A DNA stretch of 64,000 nt, taken from Candidatus Omnitrophota bacterium. Lineage in GTDB: Bacteria > Omnitrophota > Gorgyraeia > JABMRG01. Below are positions 61,690 to 64,000 of this stretch, one piece after another (within the stretch, counting starts at the first letter, position 1; each line of letters begins with the position of its first letter). A model generated the notes under the pieces. The model saw nothing but the letters and a program-made list of their open reading frames with translations, ran no database searches and was not told the DNA's origin. The position numbers and the translations under genes were made by a program. Location: assembly GCA_028716165.1 (NCBI GenBank), contig JAQUQI010000005.1, positions 24,996-88,995 on the forward strand, written 5' to 3'.

Positions 61690-63243
61690 ATGTCAACTAA
61701 TAAATCTATAGCAAAGTCCGCGGGTATTATAGGGCTGGCAACGCTTTTAAGCCGCGTTCTGGGCTTTGTCAGGGACATAATGTTCGCGGCCCTTTTCGGT
61801 ACCGGCATAAACGCGCAGGCTTTTATCGTGGCATTTAGGATACCTAACCTTATGCGCGACCTGATAGGTGAGGGCGCTACAAATTCGGCGGTTGTGCCTG
61901 TCCTGGTGGAAGAGCTTAATCTTAAAGGCAAAGAAGCGTTTTGGAGCTTGGCCAATATTTTATTAAAGCTTGTCCTCATTATATTGTGCGCATTGACAGC
62001 AATAGGGTTTCTGCTTTCAAAACCCATAGTGCTTGCCTTGGCTCCGGGGTTTATTGAAAACAGCCTGAAATTTGATACCGCGGTAGTCCTTACGCGGGCG
62101 ATGTTTCCGTATCTTATATTTATAGGTTTCGCCGCTTATGGTATGGGGGTTTTGAATTCTCTCAAACATTTTACTGTGCCCGCTTTTGGGCAAGGGCTGT
62201 TGAATATTTCGCTTATCTTATGTATGTTTATATGGAGGCAGGATATAACAGGCCTTGCCGTAGGCGTATTGGCAGGCGGTATACTGCAGGCATTGAGCCA
62301 GGTTCCCGTGCTTTTAAGAAGCGGTATGCTATTTACCCAAAGAGGTTTTTTCCATCCACAGGTAAAAAAAATATTCCGCCTGCTTTTACCCAGGGTTTTT
62401 GGAAGCGGCATATACCAGATCAATGTCTTTGTCGCGACCGCGCTCGCTTCAATAGGCAGAATAGTAGGAGAAGGCGCGGTAGCCGCTCTTTATTTCTCAA
62501 ACAGGATAATGCAATTGCCGCTTGCCATATTCGCGATAGCGCTTGCCCAGGCGTCCTTACCCGAACTTTCCGGCTATGTAGTCAATAAACAGGACAGGGA
62601 GTTTTCATTATCCATAAATTTTCTTTTAAGAAGCGTTTTTTTTCTGCTTTTACCTGCCGCGTCAGGGCTTGCGGCATTATCAGGCCCGCTTACAAAGGTA
62701 CTGCTTCAGCGCGGCGCTTTTGGCAGTTATTCCACGGGCATAACCGCCAGCGCGCTTTTCTACTGTTCGTTCGGACTTTTATCGTACGGGGCCATAAAGA
62801 TACTTGTAAACGGGTTTTATGCCATGCAGGACACGAAAACGCCTGTAAAACTTGCAGCCGTGTCTCTTGCAGCGAACATAGCCTTTAGCATAGCATTTAT
62901 GTTCAAGCTTAAGGTAGGCGGGCTTGCTTTGGCAGGCTCTCTGGCAGGCGCTCTTAACGCGGTAATGCTTTTTCTTGTCTTGAAAAAAAAGGCGGGCACT
63001 TTTTATGAAGGAATGCTGTTTGTGTCATTGTTGAAAATTACGGCGGCATCGGCCATGACAGGAGTTGTTTCTTATTGGGTATATTCATTTTCATTAAAGA
63101 GCATGCCGCCGCGAGGCGCTTTTTCAATAGCGGCCCTTTTTCTGGCCATATGCGCGGCAATAGCTTTTTACGCGATAGCCTGCTATTGTTTTCGCGTTAG
63201 AGAGTTTGAGGAGTTAAGATCTTGGATATCAAGGAAAAGATAG
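61690..63243 (+). CDS. murJ: Lipid II flippase MurJ (MviN)
   Basis: Characteristic N-terminus ...LLSRVLGFVRD...FG.G....AF..AFRIPNL.RDL..EGA, 14 TM segments, 517 aa. Confidence 0.85.
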   Translation: MSTNKSIAKSAGIIGLATLLSRVLGFVRDIMFAALFGTGINAQAFIVAFRIPNLMRDLIGEGATNSAVVPVLVEELNLKGKEAFWSLANILLKLVLIILCALTAIGFLLSKPIVLALAPGFIENSLKFDTAVVLTRAMFPYLIFIGFAAYGMGVLNSLKHFTVPAFGQGLLNISLILCMFIWRQDITGLAVGVLAGGILQALSQVPVLLRSGMLFTQRGFFHPQVKKIFRLLLPRVFGSGIYQINVFVATALASIGRIVGEGAVAALYFSNRIMQLPLAIFAIALAQASLPELSGYVVNKQDREFSLSINFLLRSVFFLLLPAASGLAALSGPLTKVLLQRGAFGSYSTGITASALFYCSFGLLSYGAIKILVNGFYAMQDTKTPVKLAAVSLAANIAFSIAFMFKLKVGGLALAGSLAGALNAVMLFLVLKKKAGTFYEGMLFVSLLKITAASAMTGVVSYWVYSFSLKSMPPRGAFSIAALFLAICAAIAFYAIACYCFRVREFEELRSWISRKR

Positions 63244-64000
63244 GCTCTATCCCCGATTCGCCCGGAGTGTATATTTTTAAGGACAAAGAATCCGTTATTA
63301 TTTATATCGGGAAATCAGCATCTTTAAAAAAGCGGGTGAGATCTTATTTTTCGGGCCATTGCCACGGTAAAAAAACCGCCCTGCTTGAAAGTATTTCGGA
63401 AATTGAATATATACGTACTTCCACCGAATCCACGGCGCTTCTGCTTGAATCAGCTCTTGTCAAGAGGTATAACCCAAAGTTTAACGTACTGCTTAAAGAT
63501 GACAAGGCGTATCCGAGGCTTAAGCTGTCGGTGAACGAAAAATATCCAAGGCTTACGGTGGTCAGAAAATTGAAATCCGACGGGGCGGTATATTTCGGCC
63601 CGTTTACTGATGCCAGCCTCTTGTCGGAGGCGGTTAAATTGTTAAGAAGGACATTTCCTTTAAGGTCGTGCCGTAATATGCCTTCAGGCAATTCCAGGAA
63701 AGGCTGTCTTAACATGCATATCGGCCAGTGCCTGGCGCCGTGCACGGGTGATGATAGAAGGGCCGAATACCTTGCCTGCGTTGAGGAATTGAGATTGTTC
63801 CTTGAAGGCAAACAGCAGGACCTTTTGGATATGTTGTCACGAAAGATGAAGGAGGCCTCGGATAACAAAGATTACGAAAAGGCCGCGGCCGTCAGAGACC
63901 GCATAAAGGCTCTTTCCGCCCTGTTTTTGACAACATACAACAGTTCCGAAGCCCGGGGCAAGGCCTCTGCCGCCGCAAATGAGGCTGATCTGTTGGAGCT
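63222..64000 (+). CDS. uvrC: Excinuclease ABC subunit C, 5' portion (continues past the window end)
   Basis: Not in the ORF track because the frame runs off the window without a stop. TTG start at 63222 overlaps the murJ end. GIY-YIG motifs PGVYIFKD...IYIGKSASLKKRVRSYF...YIRT.TE..ALLLE..L.K.Y.P.FN, then the YEKAAAVRDRIKAL UvrB-interaction region. Confidence 0.85.
   Translation, partial: MDIKEKIGSIPDSPGVYIFKDKESVIIYIGKSASLKKRVRSYFSGHCHGKKTALLESISEIEYIRTSTESTALLLESALVKRYNPKFNVLLKDDKAYPRLKLSVNEKYPRLTVVRKLKSDGAVYFGPFTDASLLSEAVKLLRRTFPLRSCRNMPSGNSRKGCLNMHIGQCLAPCTGDDRRAEYLACVEELRLFLEGKQQDLLDMLSRKMKEASDNKDYEKAAAVRDRIKALSALFLTTYNSSEARGKASAAANEADLLE

Noticed and set aside
61341-62027. 228-aa minus-strand ORF covering the rpsT region
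   Set aside because: Only the C-terminal 99 codons are S20, which has its own GGAGG RBS and ATG at 61640. The upstream 129 codons would overlap the murJ promoter and the 5' end of murJ and have no homolog-like features.
1-64000. Search for tRNA/rRNA genes, CRISPR arrays, IS elements, integrases or phage genes
   Set aside because: Intergenic regions are short (50-290 nt) and contain only promoters and hairpins. No cloverleaf-compatible sequences, repeat-spacer arrays, terminal inverted repeats or transposase/integrase-like ORFs were seen.

Overview
This 64 kb window is almost entirely coding. All predicted genes are on the + strand except rpsT, and the gene set (lptE, holA, BamD-like, GspC-like) indicates a diderm bacterium. 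No rRNA, tRNA, CRISPR array or transposase/integrase was seen; everything below comes from reading the sequence and the ORF track, with no searches run.

- Positions 1-15519 are one enormous gene. The reading frame is open from base 1, so the protein is longer than 5144 aa and its start lies upstream of the window. It contains tandem ~68-aa repeats, Rhs/YD-like repeats, three clusters of transmembrane helices, a guanylate-kinase-like domain with a degenerate P-loop, a Nudix/IPP-isomerase-like domain, and a C-terminal module that is duplicated in the downstream 776-aa protein. The last ~100 nt of those two genes are ~90% identical.
- Three consecutive secreted proteins follow (15567, 16714, 19218). 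Each carries a C-[A]-LRP-x-S motif just after its signal peptide. They are built from enzyme-like domains (HAD-IIB phosphatase, GK-like, PRK/uridine-kinase-like P-loop, degenerate Glu/Leu-dehydrogenase-like, HEAT). With the giant gene, this looks like an undescribed secreted/surface system.
- Positions 23.8-40.3 kb read as a beta-glucan/oligosaccharide utilisation locus: three paralogous CBM-like lipoproteins, two clan GH-A hydrolases, a sugar ABC uptake system (binding protein plus two permeases, no ATPase), a PilZ-TM-coiled-coil-GH-like fusion, a ~1073-aa phosphorylase-like protein and a GH94 phosphorylase.
- Positions 40.5-52.5 kb encode a secreted family sharing a mature N-terminus (SFA|xFSSI..S.FSAS.T.G), a PapD-like beta-sandwich protein, a 1306-aa PKD/TSP3 protein ending in a CFIATAAYG motif, a PDZ GspC-like protein and a 1343-aa putative outer-membrane beta-barrel.
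- The rest is housekeeping: a CE4 deacetylase, comEA-comEC, a second PilZ protein, a BamD-like gene, lptE-holA, rpsT (minus strand), murJ and the 5' part of uvrC.

Several near-consensus sigma70 promoters, rho-independent-type terminators, and a perfect 20-bp palindrome inside one promoter are visible. Taxonomy (giant genes suggest an Omnitrophota-like uncultivated lineage) is inference only.
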